Shown: piece after piece, positions 20,868 to 30,946 of the stretch
Position numbering within the stretch: position 1 is the stretch's first letter
Layout of the letters: every line of letters starts with the position of its first letter
NCBI GenBank assembly: GCA_038247765.1
Contig: JBBRUN010000001.1
Coordinates: forward strand, 1-55,842
Direction of reading: 5' to 3'
Length of the DNA stretch: 55,842 bases
DNA from: Gemmatales bacterium
Lineage (GTDB): Bacteria > Planctomycetota > Planctomycetia > Gemmatales > Gemmataceae
Notes under the pieces: generated by a model
What the model was told of the DNA's origin: nothing
What the model saw: the letters and a program-made list of their open reading frames with translations, nothing else
Database searches by the model: none
Program-made: the position numbers and the translations under genes

Positions 20868-21983
20868 ATGCTGTCGTCTCAATTGCGCACCGCCGCAATC
20901 CCCGCGCTCGTGGCACTGGCGCTGTTCGTCGGCTCCGTGCCGCCGGCGAATGCGCAAGATAAAAAGAAAATCAACACCGACGACATGGTCGAGAAGGGCC
21001 TCGAGTACCTCAAGAAGAGCCAAAACCCGGACGGCCACTGGGACGCCGGCGGCGGCAGCTACCCGACCGTGATGACGGCCCTCGCCGGCATGGCCCTTTT
21101 GATGGAAGGCAGCACCCTCCGCGAAGGCAAATACAGCGATAACCTCGTCAAGGCCGTCGATTGGTTCCTGACGCGTTCTCAGAACAATGGCCTCCTCGGC
21201 AACCCGCAGAATCCGACGGAATCGTCCCGCTACATCTACGGCCACGGCTTCGGCCTCATGTTCTTGTCCTGCGTGTACGGCGAAGAAGAAGACGCCAACC
21301 GCCGCAAGAAGCTCGAAGCGATCATCAAGAAAGCCGTGGAATTCAGCGGAAAAGCCCAAACGAAACAAGGCGGCTGGGGCTACGTGTCTTCGGCCGACGG
21401 CGGCGGCTTCGACGAAGGCTCGACGACGATCACGCAACTCCAAGGTCTCCGGGCGGCCCGCAACGCCGGGATCGTCGTGCCCAAAGGCATCATCGACAAC
21501 TCGACCGAATACCTGCGGAAATGCACGACGCCTCGCGGCGGGGTCATCTATAACCTCGGCCAAGGGCAGATCGCCCAAGCCGGGGCCGAGCGCCCGCCGA
21601 TCACGGCCGCGGCCGTGGCCTGCGCGTTCAGCTCGGGCCAGTACGATGACAAATACGCCAAGATGTGGATCAAGTTCTGCAAAGACAACATCTACGGCCA
21701 AGGCGGTCGGGGCGGCGGCCACGACGAATACCAGAGCTACTACATGGCCCAAGCCGTCTACGTGCTCGGCGACGACCGCTACGGCAAGCTCTTCCCGGAA
21801 GAGAAGAAAGAGAACCACATGCTCTGGAGCAAGTACCGCGAAGTGATCTTCGAGCATTACAAATCGACGCAGACGTCCGATGGTAGCTGGAATGGCGGTT
21901 ACACCGGTTCCATACTTTCCACCGCCTTCGCGCTGACGATTCTGCAACTCGAGAAGGGTATTCTCCCCCTGTACCACCGTTAA
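20868..21983 (+). CDS. Secreted prenyltransferase/squalene-oxidase-repeat (alpha/alpha-toroid) protein
   Basis: Signal peptide [29 protein letters not shown]. Repeats of the type [73 protein letters not shown] are typical of terpenoid-cyclase/prenyltransferase-like repeats. Confidence 0.8.
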   Translation: MLSSQLRTAAIPALVALALFVGSVPPANAQDKKKINTDDMVEKGLEYLKKSQNPDGHWDAGGGSYPTVMTALAGMALLMEGSTLREGKYSDNLVKAVDWFLTRSQNNGLLGNPQNPTESSRYIYGHGFGLMFLSCVYGEEEDANRRKKLEAIIKKAVEFSGKAQTKQGGWGYVSSADGGGFDEGSTTITQLQGLRAARNAGIVVPKGIIDNSTEYLRKCTTPRGGVIYNLGQGQIAQAGAERPPITAAAVACAFSSGQYDDKYAKMWIKFCKDNIYGQGGRGGGHDEYQSYYMAQAVYVLGDDRYGKLFPEEKKENHMLWSKYREVIFEHYKSTQTSDGSWNGGYTGSILSTAFALTILQLEKGILPLYHR

Positions 21984-21999
21984 AACGATAAAACTCCAG

Positions 22000-22026
22000 C
22001 GGGCCGCGGCGATTCCGCGCGGCCCG
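22000..22026 (+). terminator. GC hairpin between the toroid protein and moxR (weak terminator or attenuator candidate)
   Basis: cgggccgcg (22000-22008) pairs with cgcggcccg (22018-22026), followed by ttcgttggtttcg. Confidence 0.35.
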
Positions 22027-22092
22027 TTCGTTGGTTTCGATCGACATTGTTTCCGAACTCCGTCCCCACACCATAACCCCCGCGAGCGACGA

Positions 22093-23190
22093 ATGAGCGA
22101 CATCGACGAAGTGAAACTGGCCCGCGCCACCCGGGTCGGCGACGCCGAACTCACCAACACCGACTTGGACAGCGTGCAGAAACTCAAGCACGCGTTCGGC
22201 GAAATCAAGAAGCAACTCGGCAAGGTCATCGTCGGCCAAGACCAGGTCATCGAAGAGCTGCTGATCGCCATGTTCGGACGGGGCCACTGCATGCTGGAAG
22301 GCGTGCCGGGCCTCGCCAAAACGCTCATGATCTCGACGCTGGCCAAGTGCTTGTCGCTCGACTTCAGCCGGATCCAGTTCACCCCGGACTTGATGCCGTC
22401 GGACATCACCGGCACCGACGTGATCGAAGAAAACCGGACGACGGGTTCGCGGGAATTCCGCTTCCTCAACGGCCCGCTGTTCGCCAACGTCGTCCTCGCC
22501 GACGAAATCAACCGGACGCCGCCGAAGACGCAAGCCGCGCTGCTCGAAGCCATGCAAGAGCGCCAAGTGACCGTCGGCCGCATCCGCCACAAGCTCGGCA
22601 ACCCGTTCTTCGTGCTCGCCACGCAGAACCCGATCGAGCAAGAAGGCACGTATCCGCTGCCCGAAGCCCAACAAGACCGCTTCATGTTCAAGGTCTTCGT
22701 GAACTACCCGAGCTTCAACGAAGAATTCGAAATCGCCCGCCGGACGACCTCGACCCACAGCGACGAACCGACGACGGTGCTGACGGGCGAGCAGATCTTG
22801 GAACTGCAAACGCTCGTCCGCAAAGTACCGGTGACGGATCACATCATCAAGTATGCCTTGGCCCTCGTCCGCCAGACCCGCGTCAGCATGCCGGGCGCGC
22901 CGAAGTTCATCCGCGATTGGTTGAGCTGGGGCGCCGGCCCCCGCGCCGTGCAGAACCTCATCATCGGGGCGAAGTCGCGGGCGCTGCTGTTCGGCCGGTC
23001 GTACGTCACCGTCGAAGACGTCCAAGAAATCTGCCTGCCGGTCATGCGGCACCGGATCGCGACGAACTTCACGGCGGCGTCGGAAGGCGTCACGACGGAC
23101 ATGGTCGTCAAGCGCATCCTGCACGAAACGCCGAGCCGCGAAGGCGAGTTGGAAAAAGACGACCGCTTCAAGAAGATCTTCGCATCGTGA
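22093..23190 (+). CDS. moxR: MoxR-family AAA+ ATPase
   Basis: [33 protein letters not shown] (Walker A), [29 protein letters not shown] (Walker B and downstream signature), [29 protein letters not shown]. Textbook MoxR/AAA_3. Confidence 0.95.
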   Translation: MSDIDEVKLARATRVGDAELTNTDLDSVQKLKHAFGEIKKQLGKVIVGQDQVIEELLIAMFGRGHCMLEGVPGLAKTLMISTLAKCLSLDFSRIQFTPDLMPSDITGTDVIEENRTTGSREFRFLNGPLFANVVLADEINRTPPKTQAALLEAMQERQVTVGRIRHKLGNPFFVLATQNPIEQEGTYPLPEAQQDRFMFKVFVNYPSFNEEFEIARRTTSTHSDEPTTVLTGEQILELQTLVRKVPVTDHIIKYALALVRQTRVSMPGAPKFIRDWLSWGAGPRAVQNLIIGAKSRALLFGRSYVTVEDVQEICLPVMRHRIATNFTAASEGVTTDMVVKRILHETPSREGELEKDDRFKKIFAS

Positions 23191-23191
23191 T

Positions 23192-23284
23192 TCGATTTCG
23201 GATTTGGGATTGCGGATTTCGGATTTTCCATCCGGCATCCGCAGTCTTCAAATCCGAAATCCCCAATCCGCAATCCGAAATGGT
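23192..23284. repeat. Heptamer-periodic inverted repeat (NGGATTN x4-5 / NAATCCN x4-5) between moxR and the DUF58 gene
   Basis: Left arm units: cggattt gggattg cggattt cggattt (23199-23226). Right arm units: aaatccg aaatccc caatccg caatccg (23250-23277). They form a 28-bp stem with 3 mismatches and a 23-nt loop. Confidence 0.8.
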
Positions 23285-23290
23285 TCCACC

Positions 23291-24217
23291 ATGGCCCGCA
23301 CCGACGCAGACGATCCGAAGCGGTTCTTCCACCCGACCACGATCTCCAAGATCACCCAGCTCGACCTGCGCGCCAAGCAGGTCGTCGAAGGGTTCCTGTC
23401 GGGCATGCACAAAAGCCCCTTCTTCGGCCAAAGTATCGAATTCGTCCAGCACCGGGATTACGTCCCGGGCGACGACATCCGCCACTTGGACTGGAAGGTC
23501 TGGTCCAAGACGAACAAGTTCTACATCAAGCAGTACGAAGCCGAAACCAACCTCCGCTGCGCGTTCGTCGTCGACACCAGCGAGTCGATGGTCTACGGCA
23601 ACGGGGCGATGAACAAGTACGAATACGCCTGCACCGGCGCGGCCTGTTTGGCTTACCTCGTCGTCCGTCAGCAAGACTCGGCCGGCTTGGTCAGCTTCGG
23701 CTGGGACGTCAAACAAGCCATCCCGCCGAAGAGTTCGCAGCGGCAACTCTCGGCCATCGCCAGCACACTCAACTACTCGAAGCCGGCCCAAAAGACCGAC
23801 ATGCTGAAGTCGCTCCGGCAAGTCGCCGAGACGATGCCGGCGCGCGGTGTCGTCATCATCTTCTCCGACTTATTGACCGAGCGCGACCGGTTGTTCCAAG
23901 GCCTCGAGATGCTCCGGCACCGCAAGCAAGACGTCGTGGTCTACCACGTCATGGACGACGACGAACTGACGTTCCCCTTCGGCGGGATGACGAAGTTCGA
24001 AGGTATGGAAGAACTGCCCGACATCTTCTGCGACCCGAAGGCCCTGCGCGACGGCTACCTCGAAGCGCTCGAAGAGTACTTGGTCGAAGTCCGCCGCGGT
24101 TGCACGAAACTCGGCGTGGACTACAACCTCGTCCGCACCAGCGACTACCTCGACGCCGTGCTGTCCCGGTTCCTGTTCCGCCGGATGGCCGAGCGGAAAG
24201 CCCCCGTCCGACACTAG
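23291..24217 (+). CDS. DUF58 (vWA-like) protein, MoxR partner
   Basis: SPFFGQSIEFVQHRDYVPGDDIRHLDWKVWSKTNKFYIKQYEAETN is the DUF58 signature. DxSxS in FVVDTSESM. Start at ATG 23291 within track ORF 23204..24217. Confidence 0.9.
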   Translation: MARTDADDPKRFFHPTTISKITQLDLRAKQVVEGFLSGMHKSPFFGQSIEFVQHRDYVPGDDIRHLDWKVWSKTNKFYIKQYEAETNLRCAFVVDTSESMVYGNGAMNKYEYACTGAACLAYLVVRQQDSAGLVSFGWDVKQAIPPKSSQRQLSAIASTLNYSKPAQKTDMLKSLRQVAETMPARGVVIIFSDLLTERDRLFQGLEMLRHRKQDVVVYHVMDDDELTFPFGGMTKFEGMEELPDIFCDPKALRDGYLEALEEYLVEVRRGCTKLGVDYNLVRTSDYLDAVLSRFLFRRMAERKAPVRH

Positions 24218-24287
24218 TAGGTCACGCTGTGCGTGACGGGTCCGAAAGCAGTCGCGCCGAGCGTGACCTCCAAGAGAAGACACCGCG

Positions 24288-27203
24288 ATGTTCCAAGCGC
24301 TCCTCAGTCCGTTCGATTCGAGCTTCTACCTGCAGCCGTGGACGCTACTGGCCGGATTGCTGCTCGTCAGCGCGCCGATCATCATCCACCTGATCAACCG
24401 GATGCGCTACAAGCGCGTCCATTGGGCGGCGATGGAGTTCCTGCTCAAAGCGCAAAAGCGCATGAAGCGGAAGATGATCATCGAGCAGTTGCTCCTCCTC
24501 CTCCTCCGCATCCTGCTGATGATCCTCATCGGCTTGCTGCTGGCCCGCTTCCTCGGCTTCGACCTGTCCGGCCAAGAAGCACGCAGCACACACCACCTCG
24601 TGCTCATCGACGACAGCCCGAGCACGGCCGACGGCTACAAGGCCGAAGACGGCACTCAAACCGACCCTTTCGAGACCTCGAAGAAAGTGCTGATCGAGCA
24701 GATCGCCCCGACGGCGTCGCAAGCGACCACGCCGCAGAGCCTCGAAGTGATGTACATGTCCGACTCCGCCAACCCGCGAAACTTCGCCCGCTTGAACGGC
24801 GGCAGCATCGAAGAAATCAAAGTCTTCACGGGCGCCACGGCCCCGTCCACGGTGCGCACCGATCTCGCGGCCGCTCTGCGGGCCGCCAAAGAGCAAATCC
24901 TCAAGACCGGCGGCTCGGACACGGCCCGGGTGCTGCACGTGATGACCGATTGCCGGTCGAACGACTGGGCCGAGCACGGCCCGGCGATCAAGAGCGTCGT
25001 CGAAGAAATGACCAAAGCCGGGATCAAGGTGCACATCATCGACACGGCCTCGCCGTACCGCAAGGCGGAGAAGCGCGTGCCGCTGTACAACGACAACATC
25101 GCCGTCATCGACTTCGCGCCGTCGAAAACCGTCGTCGCCCAATACGAACCGGTCGAGTTCACCCTGCGGGTGCAGAACTTCGGCACCAGCGAGCTGAAAG
25201 ACGTCCGCTTCTCGATCCGCGTCAACGGCGACGAAAACAAAGGCAAGTCCGAAAGCATCGCGAGCCTGCCGCCGGGCCAGATCATCACGAAGAAGTTCGA
25301 CATGACCTTCGACACCGACAAAGACTTCAACGCCGAGAACCCGTTCAAACGCTTTCAAATCGTCAGCGTCGTCATGGAGACCGCCGAACCGGGCGGCCTC
25401 ACCGTCGACAACTCCCGGCACACCGTCGTCGAAGTCCGCAAGAAACTGCCCGTGCTCGTCATCGACGGTCAACCGAGCCTGCGCGACACCCGCAGCGGCG
25501 ACAGCATCTATTTGAAGGGGCACTTCCAAGCCAACGGCTCGGGGTACCAGTGGACGCCCGGCACCACGGGCGACTTGGAAAAAGGCGAGCTGAGCCAGTA
25601 CGCGTTCGTCTTGCTGTTGAACGTGCCGAACTTGACGAAGTCGGCCCGCGAGTCGCTCGAAAAATACACACTCGGCGGCGGGGGCGTCGGCTTTTTCCTC
25701 GGGGCGAACGTCAAACCGTCGGAGTACAACAAAGAGTTGTACCGCGATGGCGCGGGGATCTTCCCGGTGCCGCTGCCGGAGGCGCCGAGCAAAGAATTGA
25801 CCGACGAGGAAATCGAGAAGAAGAAGTTCAGCATCTTCCAGAAGAAGATCCTGTTGCGCGACCCGGCCATGCGGTTCCACCCGGCCCTCGAAGGGATCTA
25901 CATCAACAAGTCGGGCCTGTTCGACGCGAAAGAAGCCGAGCAACTCGAGAAGTTCTACCGCTTCGTCACGGTCAAGCGCTACTGGCCGGTGAAGCGCATC
26001 GGCAAGTGGCGGCAAGACAAGTCGATCTCGGAACTCTACTGCATGCCGAACGAGGAGCCGATTAGCAACTTCGAAGCACAGAGCTTGGCTGCCGCAGAGA
26101 AGCTACCCACGGCTGACGAAGACTTCGCCAAGTTCAAAAAGGTGCTCGACGAACTCCAACAGAAGATCAAAACCTCGGCCCGCCAACAGGGGGATCTGTC
26201 CGACCTCGCCGGTTTGTTCGACCGCTTGCTTTCGGATCAAACCGCCGAAGGGGACGCCGAGGAAGCGCTACTCCGCGAGTTCTGGAGCAGCCCGAAAGTC
26301 GCCGACTTGAAAGCCGAGTTCAGCCGATTGCGGGACGCCATGAAGTTCGGCGATCCGCTCTACATGGCCAAGACCTTCGGTCGCGGCCGCGTCAGCGTCA
26401 TGTTCACCACCGCCGGGGAAACGTGGAACGACTGGCCCTCCGAGAAACCGGGGAGCGCGTCGTTCTCGCCGGTCATCCAAGAACTGACCAAGTACCTCTC
26501 CGGCGGCGGTGCGGACGAAAATCGCTCTTGCGGCGAAGTCGTCCAATTGAAGCTCGCTTCCGAAAACTACATCGCCAAAGCCCGCTACGCCTTCGTCAGC
26601 CACGACGGCAAACCGGGCGGCGGTCGCCAAGCGCCGGGCACGAGTGTCGATCCGGCCCCGCTGAAGGTCAGCGACAAGGAAGACACCCTCGACGTGGAGA
26701 CGTTCGAGGAGAAATACATCGAGAAAGAAGGCGACAAGGATGTGGAGAAGATCATCAGCCGCGAGGTGTTCGTCGCCAAAATCCGGGACACCAAGAAGCC
26801 CGGCGTCCACCTGTTCGAACTGACCCAGCAGCGCGCCAACCCGAACAGCCCGACCGAGAAGATCGAAATCAAAGAGTACCGGGCCGTGCCGGTGAACATC
26901 GACTCGGTCCACGAGGGCGAATTGCTGCGGGCCTCGACCGACGACATCCTCCAGCAGTCCCCCGGCGTCGAAATCCACGCCCCCGACGAAACCGACTGGA
27001 TCGACAAACTCAAGAACAAGAAGACCGACCTGTCCGAGCTCGGCTGGTTGTTCTTGGCCTTCTTGCTGGTGCTGCTGATGGAGCAGGCCATGGCCGTGCG
27101 GCTGAGCTACCACGCCAACGCCGAGGGGCTGGGCAGCCAAGCCCCGTCCGCCGCTGCGGCGATGCGGAAATCGTCGCTGCCCCAAGAAACCACCGAAGGC
27201 TGA
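24288..27203 (+). CDS. BatA_N (N-terminal double-transmembrane) / vWA-like large membrane protein
   Basis: The N-terminus PWTLLAGLLLVSAPIIIHLINRMRYKRVHWAAMEFLLKA matches the aerotolerance-regulator N-terminal double-TM domain. DxSxS in LVLIDDSPSTADG. C-terminal TM LGWLFLAFLLVLLMEQAMAV. Confidence 0.85.
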   Translation: MFQALLSPFDSSFYLQPWTLLAGLLLVSAPIIIHLINRMRYKRVHWAAMEFLLKAQKRMKRKMIIEQLLLLLLRILLMILIGLLLARFLGFDLSGQEARSTHHLVLIDDSPSTADGYKAEDGTQTDPFETSKKVLIEQIAPTASQATTPQSLEVMYMSDSANPRNFARLNGGSIEEIKVFTGATAPSTVRTDLAAALRAAKEQILKTGGSDTARVLHVMTDCRSNDWAEHGPAIKSVVEEMTKAGIKVHIIDTASPYRKAEKRVPLYNDNIAVIDFAPSKTVVAQYEPVEFTLRVQNFGTSELKDVRFSIRVNGDENKGKSESIASLPPGQIITKKFDMTFDTDKDFNAENPFKRFQIVSVVMETAEPGGLTVDNSRHTVVEVRKKLPVLVIDGQPSLRDTRSGDSIYLKGHFQANGSGYQWTPGTTGDLEKGELSQYAFVLLLNVPNLTKSARESLEKYTLGGGGVGFFLGANVKPSEYNKELYRDGAGIFPVPLPEAPSKELTDEEIEKKKFSIFQKKILLRDPAMRFHPALEGIYINKSGLFDAKEAEQLEKFYRFVTVKRYWPVKRIGKWRQDKSISELYCMPNEEPISNFEAQSLAAAEKLPTADEDFAKFKKVLDELQQKIKTSARQQGDLSDLAGLFDRLLSDQTAEGDAEEALLREFWSSPKVADLKAEFSRLRDAMKFGDPLYMAKTFGRGRVSVMFTTAGETWNDWPSEKPGSASFSPVIQELTKYLSGGGADENRSCGEVVQLKLASENYIAKARYAFVSHDGKPGGGRQAPGTSVDPAPLKVSDKEDTLDVETFEEKYIEKEGDKDVEKIISREVFVAKIRDTKKPGVHLFELTQQRANPNSPTEKIEIKEYRAVPVNIDSVHEGELLRASTDDILQQSPGVEIHAPDETDWIDKLKNKKTDLSELGWLFLAFLLVLLMEQAMAVRLSYHANAEGLGSQAPSAAAAMRKSSLPQETTEG

Positions 27204-27248
27204 GACCGCCGACTTCCCCCGAATCACCGTTAGACGAACGAGATACCG

Positions 27249-30200
27249 ATGGCACAGAACGGCGTGACCCAAGAGAGCGTGTTCATCCTCCGTCGACTGG
27301 GGGAAGCCTTCCCATTCGCCTCGCCCGAATACGCGAGCGCGGGGGGCAAAGCCTACTGGCTCGGCACGGTGGTGCTGCTGACGCTGATCGGCTTGGCCCT
27401 CGCGGCCCGAACCCTGCTCGGCAAACGCGACGGCGATATTTCCCTCTTCCGTTGGTTCCTCGCCGGCACGCAAGCGGCCTTGTTTATTGTGCCCGCAATC
27501 TGCGTCGGCGTGGCCCGCGAAGTCGAAGGCGAAGTGCTCTGGTGGATCCTCTCCGCGAGCACGCTCATCTGCGCGACGATGATGACGATCCTGCTCTACA
27601 TCAAAGACGCCCACACCATCGGCTGGTGGGCGATCCTGCTCGCCCCGCTGCGGATCTGCGTCTACATCACGCTGCTCGCCTGCTTCTTGCTGCCGGCGAT
27701 CCAGACTTGGGAAGAGACCGAGAAGCGTTCCCGCGTGATCGTCGTCATCGACGTGTCGCCGAGCATCACGACCATCTCGGACGAACTCTCCCGCGTCCCC
27801 GGCGTGAAGCCGAAGACGCGCCTCAACAAAGTCCTCGATCTCCTGACCGACGAGAACGTCAATTTCATCGGCAAACTCACGGAGAAGAACCCGGTCTTCG
27901 TCTACCGCGCGGGCACCCGGCTGGACGAAACCGGCGACGAACTCGCCCAAGGCGCACCGAGCTGGACCCGTGACGAATGGAGCACGTGGGCGAGCTACGA
28001 CTTCAAACCGTACGCCCTGAAAGGCATCTCGGAAGCGGGGCAGATCGAACTGAAAAAGATGCCGGCGTGGAAAGCCGGCGAGCCGGGCATCGCCGATTGG
28101 GCCACCCAGTACGCCAAGGCCGCGGAGACCGACGCCGTACCGACGACGATGAGCGAAGACGACAAAACCATCCTCGCCGGCAACCGGGCCAAGCTCGAAA
28201 AGCGCGTCGATGTGGCGCGTTCGCTGGTGCTCGGCACCAACGTCCCGGATTCGCTGCTGACCGCGGTGAACCGCGAATCGTCGAACATGGTGCAGGGCAT
28301 CGTGGTCTTCTCCGACGGCCGCAGTAACCTCGGCTCCGATTCGGCCATCGGCGATTTGCGCGACCGCGCCGCTAAAGAAAAGATCCCCATCTTCACCGTC
28401 GCCGTCGGCGAGAAGCGCGAGAACGTCGAGATCGTCATCACCGATCTCGCCGCGCCGGATAGCACGCAGCCGGACGAACCGCAGAAAATCTTGGTCGAAG
28501 TGGACGGCAAAGGGCTGGAAAAGCAGACCGTATCGGTGCTCTTGGGCATCTACCTGCCGGGGAAAGATCCGAAGAAAGAACAACCGACGCACACGATGAC
28601 CAAAGAACTGACCTTCGCGCCGGGGGATCCGCCCCACGGGTTGGTCGAGTTCACCATCGACTCGGACGAACTGGCCAAAGACGAGACCGGTAAGGAACTC
28701 ATCGAAGCCTCGAAGAAAGTCGGCCGGGCGTTCCAGTTGAAGACCGGGGCGTTCCAACTCGTGGCCAAGGTGGCCCGCGACAAGCGGGAAATCTTCACCG
28801 AAGAGTTCCACGTCAGCCCGATCCGCACGATGCAAGTCGTCGATAAGCCGGTTCGCATTTTGATGGTCGCCAGTGGCCCGACCCGCGAGTACCAAACGCT
28901 CCGGACGCTGCTGGTCCGCGAAATGGGCGAGAAGCGGGCCGAGGTCTGCATCTACCTCCAGACCGAGGGGGGCATCACCGGGGAAATCGTCCAAGACGTG
29001 CCGCCGGAACGGCTGCTGACACGCTTCCCGGATCGCCTCGACACGACCAAGAAAGTGGTTGCCGACACGCCGGAGGGCAAGCTGGCCAAGTTCTACAACC
29101 TCGACGAATACGACCTGATCATCGCCTTCGACTTCGACTGGAACGAGCGCGACAAAGCCAACCAACTCCGCATCCCGGACGCCGCCATCAAGAACATCGA
29201 AACGTGGGTGAACAACCTCGGGGGCGGGTTCTTGGTCGTGGCCGCACCGCTGCACACCTTTCAACTCGCCCGTACCGAAGACGACGGCCGCTTGAAGCCG
29301 CTGTTGAATGTGCTCCCCGTGGTGCCGGACGATATCGTCGTCATCAAGTCCAAGGGGATCAGTCGGACGCCGCGCCGGCTGAATCTGAAACCGACGACCG
29401 AAGCCGACCTGCTGAAACTCGAAGACGATGGCCGGGCCGACAAGCCGACCGCCGGTTGGGAGAAGTTCTTCATCGGTTCGGACAAACCGGGCGAAGAGCT
29501 GAACCTCAAACGCGGGTTCTTTTCGTACTACCCGGTGAAGGCCGTGAAGCCGGGTGCGACGGTGCTGGCCGAGTTCGTCGATGTCGGCGACCAGAACAGC
29601 GCCAAGCCGCACCCGTACTTCGTAGTGTCGCAGTCGGGCACCGGCCGAGCGGGCTGGCTCGGCTCGGGCGAAACGTACCGCCTCCGCGCGGCCGACGCCA
29701 ACTACTTCGACCGCTTCTGGCTCAAGCTCAGCCGCTACCTCTCGGCGAAGCGCGAAGCCAAAGCCGCGCGCGGCCGGTTGCTCATGAACAAGGACTACGT
29801 CGCCGGCGGGCCCATCCGCATCACGTCTCGTGTGCTGCAACCGTCGGGCGAAGCCTACGCCGAGAACGCCATCAACCCGAAGTTCAAAGTCACGCAGTAC
29901 AACGCCAACGGCGATCAATTGAAGATCCTCGGGCCGTATGAACTCAAGCCCCGCAAGGGGGGCGAGAAGTTCGAGGGCTACTACACCGGCCAAGTCACGG
30001 CCGATGCGAAACAGTTCCCGCACGGCGACTTCCGCTACAAAGCGACGGTCGAAGTGCCCGACTCGCCGGGCGACACGCTCGACGCCGAGTTCATCATCCG
30101 CAAGTCCGACCCGGAGTTGGACGAGACCCGCCCGGACTTCGCGGCTCTGGAGCGCATGGCCGGGACGGTGGACGAAATCAAAGGCAAACTGAACGACCCG

Positions 30201-30872
30201 GCGAAGTTGCAGAAGCTCATGGGGGCCAACTCCGACCCGGCGAAAGCCCGCCTGACGATGAAACTGGCCGAGACCGACAAGATCGCGCTCATCCCGGACT
30301 GCATGGACAAGAAGTTCAACAAGCAGCGCAACCTCGGCGGCATCGACGACATCTGGGACGACGAGTACGAACCGAACGGGAAACTGTACGAGTCCGCCCA
30401 TTACCGCCTCACGCCCTACGTGTCGGTCGGGTTACTGGCGTCGCTGCCGTTCTTCCTCGTGATGACCGTGCTGATCGTCTTCGGCCAATGGAGCGGTTTG
30501 GTCGCCCAACTGCTGCGGATCGCGTCGCTGTCGCTCGGGATGCTGGCTTCGCTCGCGTTCGTCGCGTACGCCGTCGCCGGGTTCTTCTCGGGTGCCGTCA
30601 GCGAGCAAGGGCCGGCCGGCAAGATCGTCGAACTGGTCATCGCCAGCCTGATCTTCGTGCCGTTGCTGGTCAGCTTCGTCGGGCTTTTCGTGTTCTGGAG
30701 TTCGGACTTGTTCCGGGCCCAAGCCGCGCGGATGGGGGCGCTCTTCATCGGTCTCCACGGGGCGTTCCTCGTGTATGCGGGCTACTCGTTCCCGATCGCT
30801 ATCGCGCTCATGGTCGTGGTGAGCTTCCTCTGCATCGAATGGCTGTCCCGCAAACTGTTGCGGCTGGCGTAA
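27249..30872 (+). CDS. Large polytopic vWA-domain membrane protein (BatB-like, expanded)
   Basis: About 4 N-terminal TM segments. DxSxS in RVIVVIDVSPSITTISDE, and later GIVVFSDGRSNLGSD. About 5 C-terminal TM segments (VSVGLLASLPFFLVMTVLIVF ... IALMVVVSFLCIEWL). Confidence 0.8.
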   Translation: MAQNGVTQESVFILRRLGEAFPFASPEYASAGGKAYWLGTVVLLTLIGLALAARTLLGKRDGDISLFRWFLAGTQAALFIVPAICVGVAREVEGEVLWWILSASTLICATMMTILLYIKDAHTIGWWAILLAPLRICVYITLLACFLLPAIQTWEETEKRSRVIVVIDVSPSITTISDELSRVPGVKPKTRLNKVLDLLTDENVNFIGKLTEKNPVFVYRAGTRLDETGDELAQGAPSWTRDEWSTWASYDFKPYALKGISEAGQIELKKMPAWKAGEPGIADWATQYAKAAETDAVPTTMSEDDKTILAGNRAKLEKRVDVARSLVLGTNVPDSLLTAVNRESSNMVQGIVVFSDGRSNLGSDSAIGDLRDRAAKEKIPIFTVAVGEKRENVEIVITDLAAPDSTQPDEPQKILVEVDGKGLEKQTVSVLLGIYLPGKDPKKEQPTHTMTKELTFAPGDPPHGLVEFTIDSDELAKDETGKELIEASKKVGRAFQLKTGAFQLVAKVARDKREIFTEEFHVSPIRTMQVVDKPVRILMVASGPTREYQTLRTLLVREMGEKRAEVCIYLQTEGGITGEIVQDVPPERLLTRFPDRLDTTKKVVADTPEGKLAKFYNLDEYDLIIAFDFDWNERDKANQLRIPDAAIKNIETWVNNLGGGFLVVAAPLHTFQLARTEDDGRLKPLLNVLPVVPDDIVVIKSKGISRTPRRLNLKPTTEADLLKLEDDGRADKPTAGWEKFFIGSDKPGEELNLKRGFFSYYPVKAVKPGATVLAEFVDVGDQNSAKPHPYFVVSQSGTGRAGWLGSGETYRLRAADANYFDRFWLKLSRYLSAKREAKAARGRLLMNKDYVAGGPIRITSRVLQPSGEAYAENAINPKFKVTQYNANGDQLKILGPYELKPRKGGEKFEGYYTGQVTADAKQFPHGDFRYKATVEVPDSPGDTLDAEFIIRKSDPELDETRPDFAALERMAGTVDEIKGKLNDPAKLQKLMGANSDPAKARLTMKLAETDKIALIPDCMDKKFNKQRNLGGIDDIWDDEYEPNGKLYESAHYRLTPYVSVGLLASLPFFLVMTVLIVFGQWSGLVAQLLRIASLSLGMLASLAFVAYAVAGFFSGAVSEQGPAGKIVELVIASLIFVPLLVSFVGLFVFWSSDLFRAQAARMGALFIGLHGAFLVYAGYSFPIAIALMVVVSFLCIEWLSRKLLRLA

Positions 30873-30946
30873 ACGCTCACCCCCGGCCCCCACTCCGCAG
30901 CGGCGAGGGGGGAGACTGAATCGCACACAACGTTGGTGAACCCGAT

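Noticed and set aside
26268-30401. 1377-aa ORF on the minus strand, antisense to the 24288 and 27249 genes
   Set aside because: It is a shadow ORF typical of high-GC3 coding DNA. The product is Arg/Gly/Ala/Val/Asp-rich with no motifs, whereas the sense-strand products carry clear BatA_N, vWA and TM features.
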